Shown here: in pieces, positions 18,211 through 28,051 of the stretch | Numbering within the stretch: the stretch's first letter is position 1 | How the letters are laid out: each line of letters starts with the position of its first letter | Source: an uncultured Rhodopirellula sp. | GTDB lineage: Bacteria; Planctomycetota; Planctomycetia; Pirellulales; Pirellulaceae | DNA: 64,000 nt | Assembly: GCA_964007735.1 (NCBI GenBank) | Contig: CAXGAI010000005.1 | Coordinates: 62,001-126,000 of the forward strand | Direction: 5' to 3' | The notes under the pieces: generated by a model | Database searches by the model: none | What the model was told of the DNA's origin: nothing | What the model saw: only the letters and a program-made list of their open reading frames with translations | Translations under genes and position numbers: made by a program

Positions 18211-18522
18211 TTAACTGGCCAAAGCCAGTAGATCGGAATGGTTATCCAGGTCGACTTCTGCCTTCCCCTGGCGTTGACCGGTTGAATCGTAGAACAGAAC
18301 TGAATTTGAAACGGTTTCCCAGATAGCAGTCAGCTTGACACTTCGTGGGCCGTGCAGACAGAACATGATCCCGCAGGCTTCGCCCTGTTTGGTCAGGACT
18401 CGTTCCGTAAAGGGGAATGCTCCGGGTTCAAGAAGATTGAATTCGCATAAGGCTTTTTGGATTTGTTTTCTAAGATCGGGCAGGTCGACAGCCTGCAGCA
18501 AGGTAGAAATCGTTCCCGGCAT
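18211..18522 (-). CDS. Hypothetical protein upstream of csrA (103 aa)
   Basis: Clean ORF co-oriented with csrA; FCLHGPRSVKLTAIWE...VLFYDSTG. Confidence 0.75.
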   Translation of the reverse strand: MPGTISTLLQAVDLPDLRKQIQKALCEFNLLEPGAFPFTERVLTKQGEACGIMFCLHGPRSVKLTAIWETVSNSVLFYDSTGQRQGKAEVDLDNHSDLLALAS

Positions 18523-18893
18523 AGCTCTTCTATATTCTCTAAGACAGGCTCGATCGTACTTGAGTACCGTATCAGTCGAGGGGTCTTAGCTTGGGTTAGT
18601 TAAGGTAAATATTAACTATGGGTAATATCGGGAGGATGGGGCGTGTTGTTCGGTTAGGGATGAAGATTCTAAAAAATAGTCCATGAACTATGTGGAAGGA
18701 TTTCCGGAGAAGTAGCGTGTATCGATTATGACGGTCAGGAAAAGATTGATAGAATGGTGACAGCTTGTTCGGTATCCCAATCGTTTAAGCACCCCTACAT
18801 TATATAGAAGCCCTTTTATCAGCCCGTTGAACTGGTCTCGCAAATTAAATGCGAAGATTCAGCTGAATGTGGAGAGTCTGGAGGAAAAGAACT

Positions 18894-19856
18894 ATGTCAG
18901 GCAACCCGATCAAACCACTCCTTCTGCTTTTGGTAGTAACCGTGGCATTTAGCTTGCCATCAAGCCTGATGGCTGACACTTTTGAAATCAAAGAAATTGA
19001 TAGTGGTCTGGAGGTCACTAAAAATGGCAAGTTATTAACGCGGTATCTGACCAAGTCTGGAGCCAAGCCTGTTTTATGGCCCCTGATTGGGCCTTATGGA
19101 AATGAAATCACACGAGCTTATCCAATGCGAGAGGCTGGTGAGCACGAACGCAATGATCATGTGCATCATCGTTCCTTCTGGTTTACTCATGGAAATGTCA
19201 ATGGAATTGATTTTTGGGCTGAAACCGAAGGACATGGGAATATCATTCACAAAGGATTTACTAAAGCTAAAGATGGTGATATGGCTGTCATAGAGACCAA
19301 AAATGATTGGGTTGATGCCAAAGGTAACAAAGTTTGTGAAGATGTCCGTCGCTTAACTTTTGGAACGAATGGTGATGATGCTTATTGGATCGACTTTGAT
19401 ACGACAGTGACTGCCAGCGAAGGCGAACTCGTGTTTGGCGATACGAAAGAAGGGTCCTTCGGTGTTCGAGTTGCTGGCAGTATGAAAGTGACCTCAAAGA
19501 TGGGGGGCATTATTGTTAATGAGCAAGGCGACAAGGACGTGCAAGCGTGGGGTAAAGCTTCTCCATGGGTAGATTATGTTGGCCCTGTTAAAGGTAAAAC
19601 GGTTGGTATTGCAATCATGAATCACCCCACCAGCTTTCGTTACCCAACGTACTGGCACGTTCGTACATACGGTCTTTTTACGGCGAACCCGTTTGGTCTA
19701 CACCACTTTAAGAACAGCAACGATATTGATGGATCTCACAAAATGGCCAAAGGTGAAACAATGACACTGCGTTATCGAGTCTATGTCCATCAAGGAAACA
19801 CTGAAGCTGCTGATATCGCAGCGCAGTTCAAAGCTTATCAAGGTGTTAAAAAGTAA
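18894..19856 (+). CDS. Secreted DUF6807 / PF14100 ('PmoA'-named) family protein
   Basis: GGAGG RBS, signal peptide; DHVHHRSFWFTHG, FGDTKEG, WHVRTYGLFTANPF. Confidence 0.8.
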   Translation: MSGNPIKPLLLLLVVTVAFSLPSSLMADTFEIKEIDSGLEVTKNGKLLTRYLTKSGAKPVLWPLIGPYGNEITRAYPMREAGEHERNDHVHHRSFWFTHGNVNGIDFWAETEGHGNIIHKGFTKAKDGDMAVIETKNDWVDAKGNKVCEDVRRLTFGTNGDDAYWIDFDTTVTASEGELVFGDTKEGSFGVRVAGSMKVTSKMGGIIVNEQGDKDVQAWGKASPWVDYVGPVKGKTVGIAIMNHPTSFRYPTYWHVRTYGLFTANPFGLHHFKNSNDIDGSHKMAKGETMTLRYRVYVHQGNTEAADIAAQFKAYQGVKK

Positions 19857-19874
19857 CACCAGCCAAAAAAGTTC

Positions 19875-19908
19875 AAAGCCGAGTCTGATTGTCAGGCTCG
19901 GCTTTTTT
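19875..19908. terminator. Intrinsic terminator between convergent genes
   Basis: AAAGCCGAGTCTGA-TTG-TCAGGCTCGGCTTT followed by further T. Confidence 0.85.
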
Positions 19909-19918
19909 GCGACAAGGT

Positions 19919-20893
19919 TTAGAAATTGGGAGTGGGCGGATGATAGTGATCCAGATCAATCGTCTTAAACCAATCGATCGTTTTCTGTAGCCCCAGTCGC
20001 AATTTAATTTCAGGCTCCCACTGAAGCCGTTCTCTTGCCAGGCTAATATCTGGTTGCCGTCTTACCGGATCATCGATCGGTAAGTCTGTTTCCACAATTT
20101 TACTTGAGCTTCCTGTCAGCTCAATGACTAGTTCCGCCAATTCCCGAATGGTAAATTCATCCGGGTTACCAACATTTACGGGACCAATGAAGCCGGACTC
20201 ATTTTCCATCATTTGCACGAGGGCGTTTAGTAAGTCGTCTCGATAGCAAAAGGACCGTGTTTGCGATCCATCTCCGAACAGCGTCAACGGTTCGTTGGCC
20301 AGAGCTTGTCGAATGAAGTTGGAGACAACTCGTCCATCAAAAGGATGCATTCGCGGTCCGTAGGTATTGAAGATACGGACGATACGAATATCGACCTTGT
20401 TCATCCGATGATATTCCATGAACAAAGTTTCGGCTGCTCGCTTCCCTTCGTCGTAACATGCTCGGGGGCCGATAGGATTCACACTACCTCGATAGCACTC
20501 CGTCTGAGGGTGGACTTCCGGATCCCCGTAAACCTCACTCGTCGATGCTTGTAAGACTCGGGCATTACAACGCTTGGCTAATCCCAGAACATTGATCGCT
20601 CCCATCACCGACGTTTTGATGGTCTTGATGGGATTGAATTGATAGTGCCCGGGTGAGGCTGGACAGGCCAGATTATAAATCTGATCCACTTCCAACCAGA
20701 TAGGTACAATAACGTCGTGACGAATTAACTCGAAATTGGGCTTATCAAGCAGATGAGCCACATTTACCTTTTGACTAGTAAAGAAATTATCAAGGCAGAT
20801 AACATCATTGCCTCGCGCAACAAGCATTTCGCAAAGTTGGGATCCTAGAAATCCCGCACCGCCTGTTACTAAAATGCGTTGCTTCTGATTCAC
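19919..20893 (-). CDS. uxs: UDP-glucuronic acid decarboxylase (UDP-xylose synthase) family
   Basis: [51 protein letters not shown]. Confidence 0.92.
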   Translation of the reverse strand: MNQKQRILVTGGAGFLGSQLCEMLVARGNDVICLDNFFTSQKVNVAHLLDKPNFELIRHDVIVPIWLEVDQIYNLACPASPGHYQFNPIKTIKTSVMGAINVLGLAKRCNARVLQASTSEVYGDPEVHPQTECYRGSVNPIGPRACYDEGKRAAETLFMEYHRMNKVDIRIVRIFNTYGPRMHPFDGRVVSNFIRQALANEPLTLFGDGSQTRSFCYRDDLLNALVQMMENESGFIGPVNVGNPDEFTIRELAELVIELTGSSSKIVETDLPIDDPVRRQPDISLARERLQWEPEIKLRLGLQKTIDWFKTIDLDHYHPPTPNF

Positions 20894-21121
20894 GTTAGCG
20901 CCTTATCGGTTTGTCATGTGATGCCAGGGTATTTTCATAATACGTAAAGTATTACCCATTGGCTCACCGTGTGACTCGCAAAACCTAGAAAACAGAGGAC
21001 TCTCTTAAGATTAACCTTCCTCCGGAATGTTAATCCGTATGATTTGCGTAGACTTGTCCGGTTGATATGAGTTACTCTCTTGGGGCACCCGTCTCTTTTT
21101 GTAATCTTCAGGATCGTATCT

Positions 21122-21901
21122 ATGAAATCAATACGAACAACTTTGTCCGGAATTCTGATGCTCTTTACTTTCGGAGTATCGTTGCCGTCGTTCGTTCACG
21201 CCAATGAGTTTCGAATGGAAACAGAAGTTTTTATCGAAGGAAATTCTCATCCTGCTGCAACTAGTTTGACGCTTTTCACTGGTAATGCCGTTTATGATTT
21301 TTTGAGTGACGATCGTGCGCATGGAGATATCACCGTGTTTGATGTTAGACGTGGGCGATTTGTTCTGATCGATACGCAGCGTAAACTGAAGACGACTTTG
21401 ACTAAAGACGATCTCATCAAGTTCCTCGAGCAGGTTAAGTCTCAGGCCAGCGAAGATGTGGTGAGTCGGTTTGTGAGCCCAAAGCTTACCCAAAAATTCA
21501 ATCCATCGACGAAGACGGTCACCGTTTCCAGTGACCACCTCACTTATCAGGCTGTAGGTATTTCTGCCAAGTGGGATCCAGCGATTCAGCAATATCGGCA
21601 CTTTGCAGATTGGATAGCTCGATTAAATAGCACGCGTATTGGTAATCTGCCACCCTATTCCCGCTTTGAGTTAAATCGAGTGATGGCTGAGCAAAAACTA
21701 ATGCCCAAGACTGTTCAACGAACGGTAATGTTGGATCGTGTAGGGTTACGAAAGCAAGTTGTGCGTAGCGAGCACAGTATTCACTGGCAACTAACCAACT
21801 CTGATCGTAAACGTATCAGCTCAGCAGGTAATCTGATGGCTGGTTGCAAAGAGGTTTCCGTTAACGAATTCTGGCAAACTCGATCTCAAGTTTCTAAATA
21901 G
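21122..21901 (+). CDS. Secreted hypothetical protein
   Basis: Signal peptide MKSIRTTLSGILMLF...VHA; long ORF. Confidence 0.75.
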   Translation: MKSIRTTLSGILMLFTFGVSLPSFVHANEFRMETEVFIEGNSHPAATSLTLFTGNAVYDFLSDDRAHGDITVFDVRRGRFVLIDTQRKLKTTLTKDDLIKFLEQVKSQASEDVVSRFVSPKLTQKFNPSTKTVTVSSDHLTYQAVGISAKWDPAIQQYRHFADWIARLNSTRIGNLPPYSRFELNRVMAEQKLMPKTVQRTVMLDRVGLRKQVVRSEHSIHWQLTNSDRKRISSAGNLMAGCKEVSVNEFWQTRSQVSK

Positions 21902-22056
21902 CCTCGATTAGGGCCGTCCCCGCCTGACAGTAATGGCAGGAAAAGAAGTGTAAAGATCTCGTAGAAAAAAGTGTCGAACTCTCTAGTCTGAGACGATTTA
22001 GTCTCCATAAACCAGATCTATAGATTTATGGAAATTCGTCGAGAATATCTTTCCGA

Positions 22057-24360
22057 ATGTTTGCTAAAACCAAGTTAGTAGCGTTCCTTTATGTCGTGTT
22101 GCTGACAGTACAGTTAAATGGTCAGCAAGAGCAGGCTGAAGTACCAGCTGCGCCTATGCTGGATCCCAGCGTGGATTCATTGGAACTGGAAGTCGACGAA
22201 GATTCGATGACGAAATCGTCCGGGGTTGCGTTAGCTAATAAACAAGAGCCCGCTAATAAAACTGAAGAGGATACTGAGACACCCCCTGAAATTGATCCGA
22301 TCGTCGTAGAGGGCGTGATTCCGTTTCCCAAGACCCCCGACGGTATATGGAACGATGATCGACTGAGTTCGATGCCGCGAGGTTTGTTCGATGGTGGTCG
22401 ACGTAGTAGCTTTTCAAATTTGACGGCCCCCTCTCATCGCTCAGTCATCGACCTGCAAGATCTCCTTGAACGTGCACCAGCCGATATGTTACAGGCATTG
22501 GAGCGAGAAACCGGTGTGTTGATGCAGCGTACTCAGCGTGGGGCTGCTTCTCCATTTATTCGTGGTTTGACAGGGCAGCAGGTACTGATTCTGGTTGACG
22601 GGATTCGTATGAACAATGCAACATTTCGAACCGGCCCTAACCAGTACTTTAATACGATCGACCCTGGAATGGTGGATCACATTGAAGTCATTCGCGGACC
22701 TCAAACCGTTCTTTGGGGCAGTGATGCGATGGGCGGTGTGATCAATGTGGTCACTAGGCGTACTCCTGTGGATGCGTTACTAAACGATCCGCTTCGTACA
22801 TGGACTTCACGATATTCCAGTGCTGATGGCGGGATTTATACCCGTTTAAATTATCAATTTCAAAAAGGCGATACCCGAGTCTTTGCGGGGTCAGGTTATG
22901 GCAACTTTAATGATCTCGATCGCGGTGGCGACCTAGGGCGTCAGCCAGCTACTGCTTACTCTCAATACTCGGGTGACGTTCGGGTCGATCGGCTTATCAC
23001 GGAGAACCAGGCGGTTACACTTTCAGTTCAACACTTTGAGCAACATGATGTTTTTCGCACAGACAGATTTCCCGGCCGACGGACGATCTTTGATCCCCAA
23101 CAACGGAGCATGGCCTATGTTCGATTCCAGGGAACGGATATGGGGAAAATCTATGACAATTATATGCTCACATTTTCCATGCATCGCCAACGTGAGCAGG
23201 CTACTGATGCGCGTTCGGATAAGTCCTACTGGGATGACATGGAAACGGACAACTACTCCTATGGCCTCCAACTTCTCTTAGGGCGTGAACTGGAGAATGG
23301 GTGGAACCTGACTTATGGTGTAGACTCTTACCGTGATGTCGTAGATTCTTTCCGAAATCGATATGACAACCTGACCAACGAATTTGTTTCTTCTCCAACG
23401 CCAAAGTATCCGGATGATGGACGCTTCCGCCAGACGGGGGCTTTCCTGCAGATTGATAAAGAGCTTAGTGACCGGCTGAGCTTCAACGGCGGTGTGCGAT
23501 TTACCAGAGCCCATGCACAGGGAACCCCGATGGTTGATGTTGATCATGACAACAACCCCGCCACGGATGCGGAAACCCAGCCTGTTTTCATTTCCCCGAC
23601 GTTCGATGACTGGTCTGCTGGTGGTGGATTGAATTTCAAATTGGACGACAATACCACACTGGTCGGATCTGTTTCGGAAGGATTCCGAGCTCCAAACCTG
23701 GATGATTTGGCTGCCAATAATGATAACGTGCAACAAGCCGCCGCTGATACTCCCAGTGTTGATTTGCGTCCGGAGCGGAGTCTGAGTTATGAGCTCGCCT
23801 TGCGAAAAGAAGTGGATGATATGCGTTGGCAGGCCTCCGTGTTTTGGACGAATATTGACGACATGATATTGAGAACGCCAGCTGGAACATCCAGTGAGAG
23901 TATCTTGTTTTCGAGAAGTAATCGTGATGCGGAAGTCAACGGAGTTGAATTTGCAGCGGAAAAACGCTTGTCCACTAGCTGGACTGTTTATGGAAACTTC
24001 TCTTATATCTATGGCCAGGATCTGGAACTTGAGGAGCCGTTGTCACGTATTCCTCCGACTCAGGGGGTGGTGGGGTTGAGATGGCGAAATAGTGAAAAGT
24101 ATGAGTTTATCGATATCTACTCATGGTTGGTTGCTAAGCAGGATCGCCTAAACTTTCAGGATATTTCGGACGGTCGAATACCTGACGGAGGAACGCCTGG
24201 GTATGGAACGCTCAGCCTTAGATACGGCACTGAACTCAAGGAGAATCATCTCTTAAGGATCGAGTTCGAAAATATTCTCGATAAAGCCTATCGCGTTCAT
24301 GGAAGTGGAGTCGATGGTGCCGGGTTCTCAGCAAATATTCAGTACGGTTTCGAATTTTAG
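22057..24360 (+). CDS. TonB-dependent receptor
   Basis: Plug motifs PFIRG..VLILVDG, IEVIRGPQTVLWGSDAMGGVIN; GFRAPN; terminal Phe (YGFEF). Confidence 0.93.
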   Translation: MFAKTKLVAFLYVVLLTVQLNGQQEQAEVPAAPMLDPSVDSLELEVDEDSMTKSSGVALANKQEPANKTEEDTETPPEIDPIVVEGVIPFPKTPDGIWNDDRLSSMPRGLFDGGRRSSFSNLTAPSHRSVIDLQDLLERAPADMLQALERETGVLMQRTQRGAASPFIRGLTGQQVLILVDGIRMNNATFRTGPNQYFNTIDPGMVDHIEVIRGPQTVLWGSDAMGGVINVVTRRTPVDALLNDPLRTWTSRYSSADGGIYTRLNYQFQKGDTRVFAGSGYGNFNDLDRGGDLGRQPATAYSQYSGDVRVDRLITENQAVTLSVQHFEQHDVFRTDRFPGRRTIFDPQQRSMAYVRFQGTDMGKIYDNYMLTFSMHRQREQATDARSDKSYWDDMETDNYSYGLQLLLGRELENGWNLTYGVDSYRDVVDSFRNRYDNLTNEFVSSPTPKYPDDGRFRQTGAFLQIDKELSDRLSFNGGVRFTRAHAQGTPMVDVDHDNNPATDAETQPVFISPTFDDWSAGGGLNFKLDDNTTLVGSVSEGFRAPNLDDLAANNDNVQQAAADTPSVDLRPERSLSYELALRKEVDDMRWQASVFWTNIDDMILRTPAGTSSESILFSRSNRDAEVNGVEFAAEKRLSTSWTVYGNFSYIYGQDLELEEPLSRIPPTQGVVGLRWRNSEKYEFIDIYSWLVAKQDRLNFQDISDGRIPDGGTPGYGTLSLRYGTELKENHLLRIEFENILDKAYRVHGSGVDGAGFSANIQYGFEF

Positions 24361-24381
24361 ATTAAAAAGCCGGCGACTTGT

Positions 24382-24780
24382 TCAGGGTGTCTGGTGGGCA
24401 ACGTTGACATGAACGGCGCCACTTCGCTTGGCAATATCTAGCGTGTCTAAAAAGGCCGAGTAAGGCATGTTCTGATCGCCCCGAATCGTGACCGATTTGT
24501 GATTTGATTCTGTCAGCATCCGTTGAAGTTCTGACTTCAACGAAATAAGCGATGTCTTCGTGTTGTTTAAGTAGACATCCCCTTCTTTACTTAACGTGAT
24601 AATGATTTCCAATTCGTTCTGACTGGTGCCCGCGGTTGCGGACGGTAACGTCAGTTGGATGGCTGGGGTCAGAAAAGTGGATGACAACATGAAAAAGATC
24701 AGCAGTTGAAAGATACAGTCAATTAGAGGACTGAGTTCCATACGGATCGAGGGGCGCCGCTGGCGTTGAATAGATTTCAC
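24382..24780 (-). CDS. exbD: Biopolymer transport protein ExbD
   Basis: LSPLIDCIFQLLIFFM TM segment; IRGD..MPY. Confidence 0.92.
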   Translation of the reverse strand: MKSIQRQRRPSIRMELSPLIDCIFQLLIFFMLSSTFLTPAIQLTLPSATAGTSQNELEIIITLSKEGDVYLNNTKTSLISLKSELQRMLTESNHKSVTIRGDQNMPYSAFLDTLDIAKRSGAVHVNVAHQTP

Positions 24781-25445
24781 TTTGAATCTCCGACACCAGC
24801 TGATTTATTAGACAGAGAAGAACCATTGGTTAGTAACCATTCATTAATTCGGGAAGAGACCCAGGTCATCCGTAAGGTTGTGGCTGCGATTTTGTTGTCC
24901 AGGAAGTGATAAACCGCTAAGGTTGGTAACGCAACGATGAGGCCAAACACGGTTGTTAGCAGGGCCGTCCAAATGCCGGAGGCTAAATCTCCGGGTTGCA
25001 CCTGTCCACCTTGCTGCTCTATTTGATAGAACGCTTCCACCAATCCGATGACGGTGCCTAAAAGTCCGATCATGGGTGCCAGCGTCCCAATAATGGACAA
25101 CCAGTTAATTCGTGTCTCGAGTCGCGCAATTTGCTCAGAAGCTACTCGGTTGACAATCTCTTCCCGGGTTTGCTGATCCAATTCAGCATGTTGAAGATGA
25201 CATTCAGCTACATATGCCAACGGGCTAGACAATGCTTGTAACCATTTTCTGCAAGACGAAATATCTGAATGCGTTAGCTTGCTCTCCAATTGAGAAATAA
25301 ATTTGGCATAATTGTTGCGATTGAGGAGAAGCACGATAAGCCGATCGATCACGACACTAACGGCAACGATGGAACAAACCAGCAGAGGGTACATAACGCC
25401 CCCCCCCTGCTCAAATAACTCGCCTAAGGTCTTTCCCCAAAACAT
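24777..25445 (-). CDS. exbB: MotA/TolQ/ExbB proton channel protein
   Basis: APMIGLLGTVIG; LASGIWTALLTTVFGL; overlaps exbD start by 4 nt. Confidence 0.92.
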   Translation of the reverse strand: MFWGKTLGELFEQGGGVMYPLLVCSIVAVSVVIDRLIVLLLNRNNYAKFISQLESKLTHSDISSCRKWLQALSSPLAYVAECHLQHAELDQQTREEIVNRVASEQIARLETRINWLSIIGTLAPMIGLLGTVIGLVEAFYQIEQQGGQVQPGDLASGIWTALLTTVFGLIVALPTLAVYHFLDNKIAATTLRMTWVSSRINEWLLTNGSSLSNKSAGVGDSK

Positions 25446-25702
25446 GAACGGTGATGAACCAATTGTTAAAACTAAAGAATTAATAAAGGGTGATTACTTA
25501 TTAAGATTAACTCAAATCTGTTGTCTTGCTAGTAATCATGTAGTGAATCAAATTTGGTTATAAGAATACGACAGTTTGTACGATTGGAGCCGCAGTGTTT
25601 GACGATATGATAGATGTAGGAAATGATAAAGAGAGTGAGTCGCTCTCTCATTAATGCAATTTCCTTTGCGAAGAAGATCCTCCCCCACATATTTTTTATT
25701 GA

Positions 25703-26740
25703 TTGCCCCTAGTGCAAAAATTACTAAACACGGATTGGCTTTTCTTATTGCTTCTGACGGGTAGTGTCGTTGGGCATGTGGCTATGGGGGGATTAGGTGA
25801 TACCCAAACGGAGGTAGTACTTGGAAGTATCAAACAAGGTGAATCTTCAATCGCCATCCGATTACTTGCAGCAACACGTCCACCGGAAGCAACCGTCGCA
25901 GGTGAGCAGGCATATACAGAGCAAAATTCTGTGCATCCGCGTCAGGAGCCAAAGGATCTGAAACAGTTTGAAGCGAAGCTGGAACAGCAGAAAGCTCCGG
26001 AAATTGAATCGGATCTGCTTCGCCAGCAAGCCGGACAATTCGAGGAAGCTTTGAGGGCGGTTTCGAGTCAACGGACGGCGGAGTACGAAGCTAATACGCT
26101 GCGAGAGGAGAAAGTTGACCCTCCCGCTGAGCCGGGAAGTTTGTTACTCGCAACAGAAATTCCTTTGAAAGCGAATGTGTCGGAAACAGCTCCGGTTCAG
26201 GTGAAAGCCGCCAGAGTCACCAATGGAATTCCAAATAGTCAGCCTGATAAGCTTGTAATCCAGAGGCCCGAGTCTAGTAGCACAAAAGATCAAGAACAGC
26301 TTACTACCAACCCACTGAGCCGCGCTCGGTCGGTAGTGGAATTGGATTTGGAGAGAATGCTTGCTGATACACTGCCTCGAAAAGGTAACTCGGATTCTGA
26401 CGTCATTGTGGATCCAATGGATGGTGCAAACACAGCGCCCAGTCTAGACCCGCGAAATGCTTTGAATCGACCACCGGTATTCCCACAGGAGCTAGTAAGC
26501 AAGGGAGTTAGCGGTACTGTAAAAATGGAAGTTATCGTATTGCCATCAGGAAAGGTGAAGTCAACTCGAGTTATCTTTTCGACGGGCTCAGAAAAACTCG
26601 ATCACCTTGCGCAGGAAGCTGTCTCCAAATGGCGGTTTAACCCTGGTTTGACCGATGGTCAGGCCGCAATAAAGAGAGTGATCGTACCTATTACTTTCAA
26701 AATTGAAAAGCAACGGGCAGGTGTGCTTAAACGGAAATAG
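25703..26740 (+). CDS. tonB: Energy transducer TonB
   Basis: N-terminal TM with S...H (SVVGH); C-domain PVFP...GVSGTV...STG..LD..A..AVSKWRFNPG. Confidence 0.85.
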   Translation: MPLVQKLLNTDWLFLLLLTGSVVGHVAMGGLGDTQTEVVLGSIKQGESSIAIRLLAATRPPEATVAGEQAYTEQNSVHPRQEPKDLKQFEAKLEQQKAPEIESDLLRQQAGQFEEALRAVSSQRTAEYEANTLREEKVDPPAEPGSLLLATEIPLKANVSETAPVQVKAARVTNGIPNSQPDKLVIQRPESSSTKDQEQLTTNPLSRARSVVELDLERMLADTLPRKGNSDSDVIVDPMDGANTAPSLDPRNALNRPPVFPQELVSKGVSGTVKMEVIVLPSGKVKSTRVIFSTGSEKLDHLAQEAVSKWRFNPGLTDGQAAIKRVIVPITFKIEKQRAGVLKRK

Positions 26741-26784
26741 ATTGGGTTTGTTGCCGACACCGACCTGAATTTAAGCGAATTGAA

Positions 26785-27288
26785 CTACTTCTTGCCAAGT
26801 CGTCGTTGACGCCGGAAGAATTCTGTCAGTATTTTACTACAGGGTTCATACATGACTTTGCTAACTACATCACATTGATGGTTCAAACGGTCGTCATTTA
26901 GCAATTGGTACAGCGATTCGGCAGCCCCCCCTTTAGGATCACTTGCTCCATACACGACCAAAGGTATGCGAGATTGGACAATCGCTCCGGCACACATGCA
27001 GCAGGGCTCAAGTGTTACATATAAGGTGCAATTTTCCAGTCGCCAGTCACCTAACGCCTCCGCCGCCTGCGTAATGGCAATCATCTCGGCATGAGCTGTC
27101 GGGTCGTGTAACTGTTCGCGTTGATTGTGAGCGGCTGCAATGATTTGATGGTTATGCACGATGATTGCACCAACAGGAACTTCATCCTGAGCGGCAGCGG
27201 CTTGTGCCTGCTGTAGGGCATGCTGCATAAAGAACTCATGACGTAGCATGTCATTTACGGGAGAATCGTCGTCAAAACTATGAAACAT
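26785..27288 (-). CDS. tadA: tRNA adenosine(34) deaminase
   Basis: [33 protein letters not shown]. Confidence 0.93.
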   Translation of the reverse strand: MFHSFDDDSPVNDMLRHEFFMQHALQQAQAAAAQDEVPVGAIIVHNHQIIAAAHNQREQLHDPTAHAEMIAITQAAEALGDWRLENCTLYVTLEPCCMCAGAIVQSRIPLVVYGASDPKGGAAESLYQLLNDDRLNHQCDVVSKVMYEPCSKILTEFFRRQRRLGKK

Positions 27289-27304
27289 GGGCTAGTGTTA
27301 CGTT

Positions 27305-27967
27305 TTATTTAGCTTTCAGTTCCCGGATTTGAATCGTTTTATAGGCCGCCTTGGTTTCCCAGGTGGCAAAGCCTAGAGGCTTATTCAGATTCACTTCGTT
27401 GCGTGTTGTAATCGTACGATCGAGAATGTTTTGGTAGACAACTTGTTTGCCGTTAATCCAGCATTGAATCAAATGAGGTTCGACTCGAATTTTGACTTTG
27501 TACCATTTCCCCGAGGGGAAGTTCTGATATCCCGTTGTTTCATTTTCGGATGCGTCCTGGCCATCGATACTGGAGAGACCTGTGACGGCCCCGCCCCAGC
27601 CACCACAAATGAAGCTGCAGTACGAATCAGCAACGGGGAATGTTGCTCCACAGAAAAAATCGTTTCCGTCGATTTTCCGAACCGTTGTACGGATTTCGTA
27701 ATTTGTTTTTGGGAGGTCATTTTTTTGATAGGTGACGCCCGTCATTGAGTAGCCAAAATTAAGAAGTAATTGCCCTTCCTGAACTTCGACTTCACCTTCG
27801 CCACCGTAATTTGTCTTTGCCCAGCCATCCAAAGTTTTACCATCAAACAGATTTCTCCATTTCGTTGGTTTGGCTTTTCGTTCTTTCGCGTTAGAGTCCG
27901 CGTCCAAACAGATTATCACAGCAAACAATGTAAAAATGAAAAGCAAGGGGCGTTTGATAGCAGTCAT
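27305..27967 (-). CDS. Secreted DUF1080 (3-keto-disaccharide hydrolase-like) protein
   Basis: Signal peptide; W..LFDGKTLDGW; W....I.V......W.NG. Confidence 0.8.
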   Translation of the reverse strand: MTAIKRPLLFIFTLFAVIICLDADSNAKERKAKPTKWRNLFDGKTLDGWAKTNYGGEGEVEVQEGQLLLNFGYSMTGVTYQKNDLPKTNYEIRTTVRKIDGNDFFCGATFPVADSYCSFICGGWGGAVTGLSSIDGQDASENETTGYQNFPSGKWYKVKIRVEPHLIQCWINGKQVVYQNILDRTITTRNEVNLNKPLGFATWETKAAYKTIQIRELKAK

Positions 27968-28051
27968 ATCCAAAGATCCTGTCACCGAGGGGCAGTTCAA
28001 CCGACTTCATTCTAATTCAAATTCCGACTGAACTCACCGCCCCACGAGTAA

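Noticed and set aside
18620..18745. Cluster of GGA trinucleotides on + strand upstream of the csrA unit
   Set aside because: No convincing hairpins presenting them; purine-rich background explains it
18894..19856. Methane monooxygenase interpretation of the 'PmoA'-named family
   Set aside because: Soluble secreted beta protein with no pmoB/pmoC; the family name is misleading
21990..22005. GAGAC-N6-GTCTC palindrome before the TonB receptor and GAGAG-N7-CTCTC (25631-25647) before tonB as Fur-like boxes
   Set aside because: Short, different spacing, poor match to known Fur consensus
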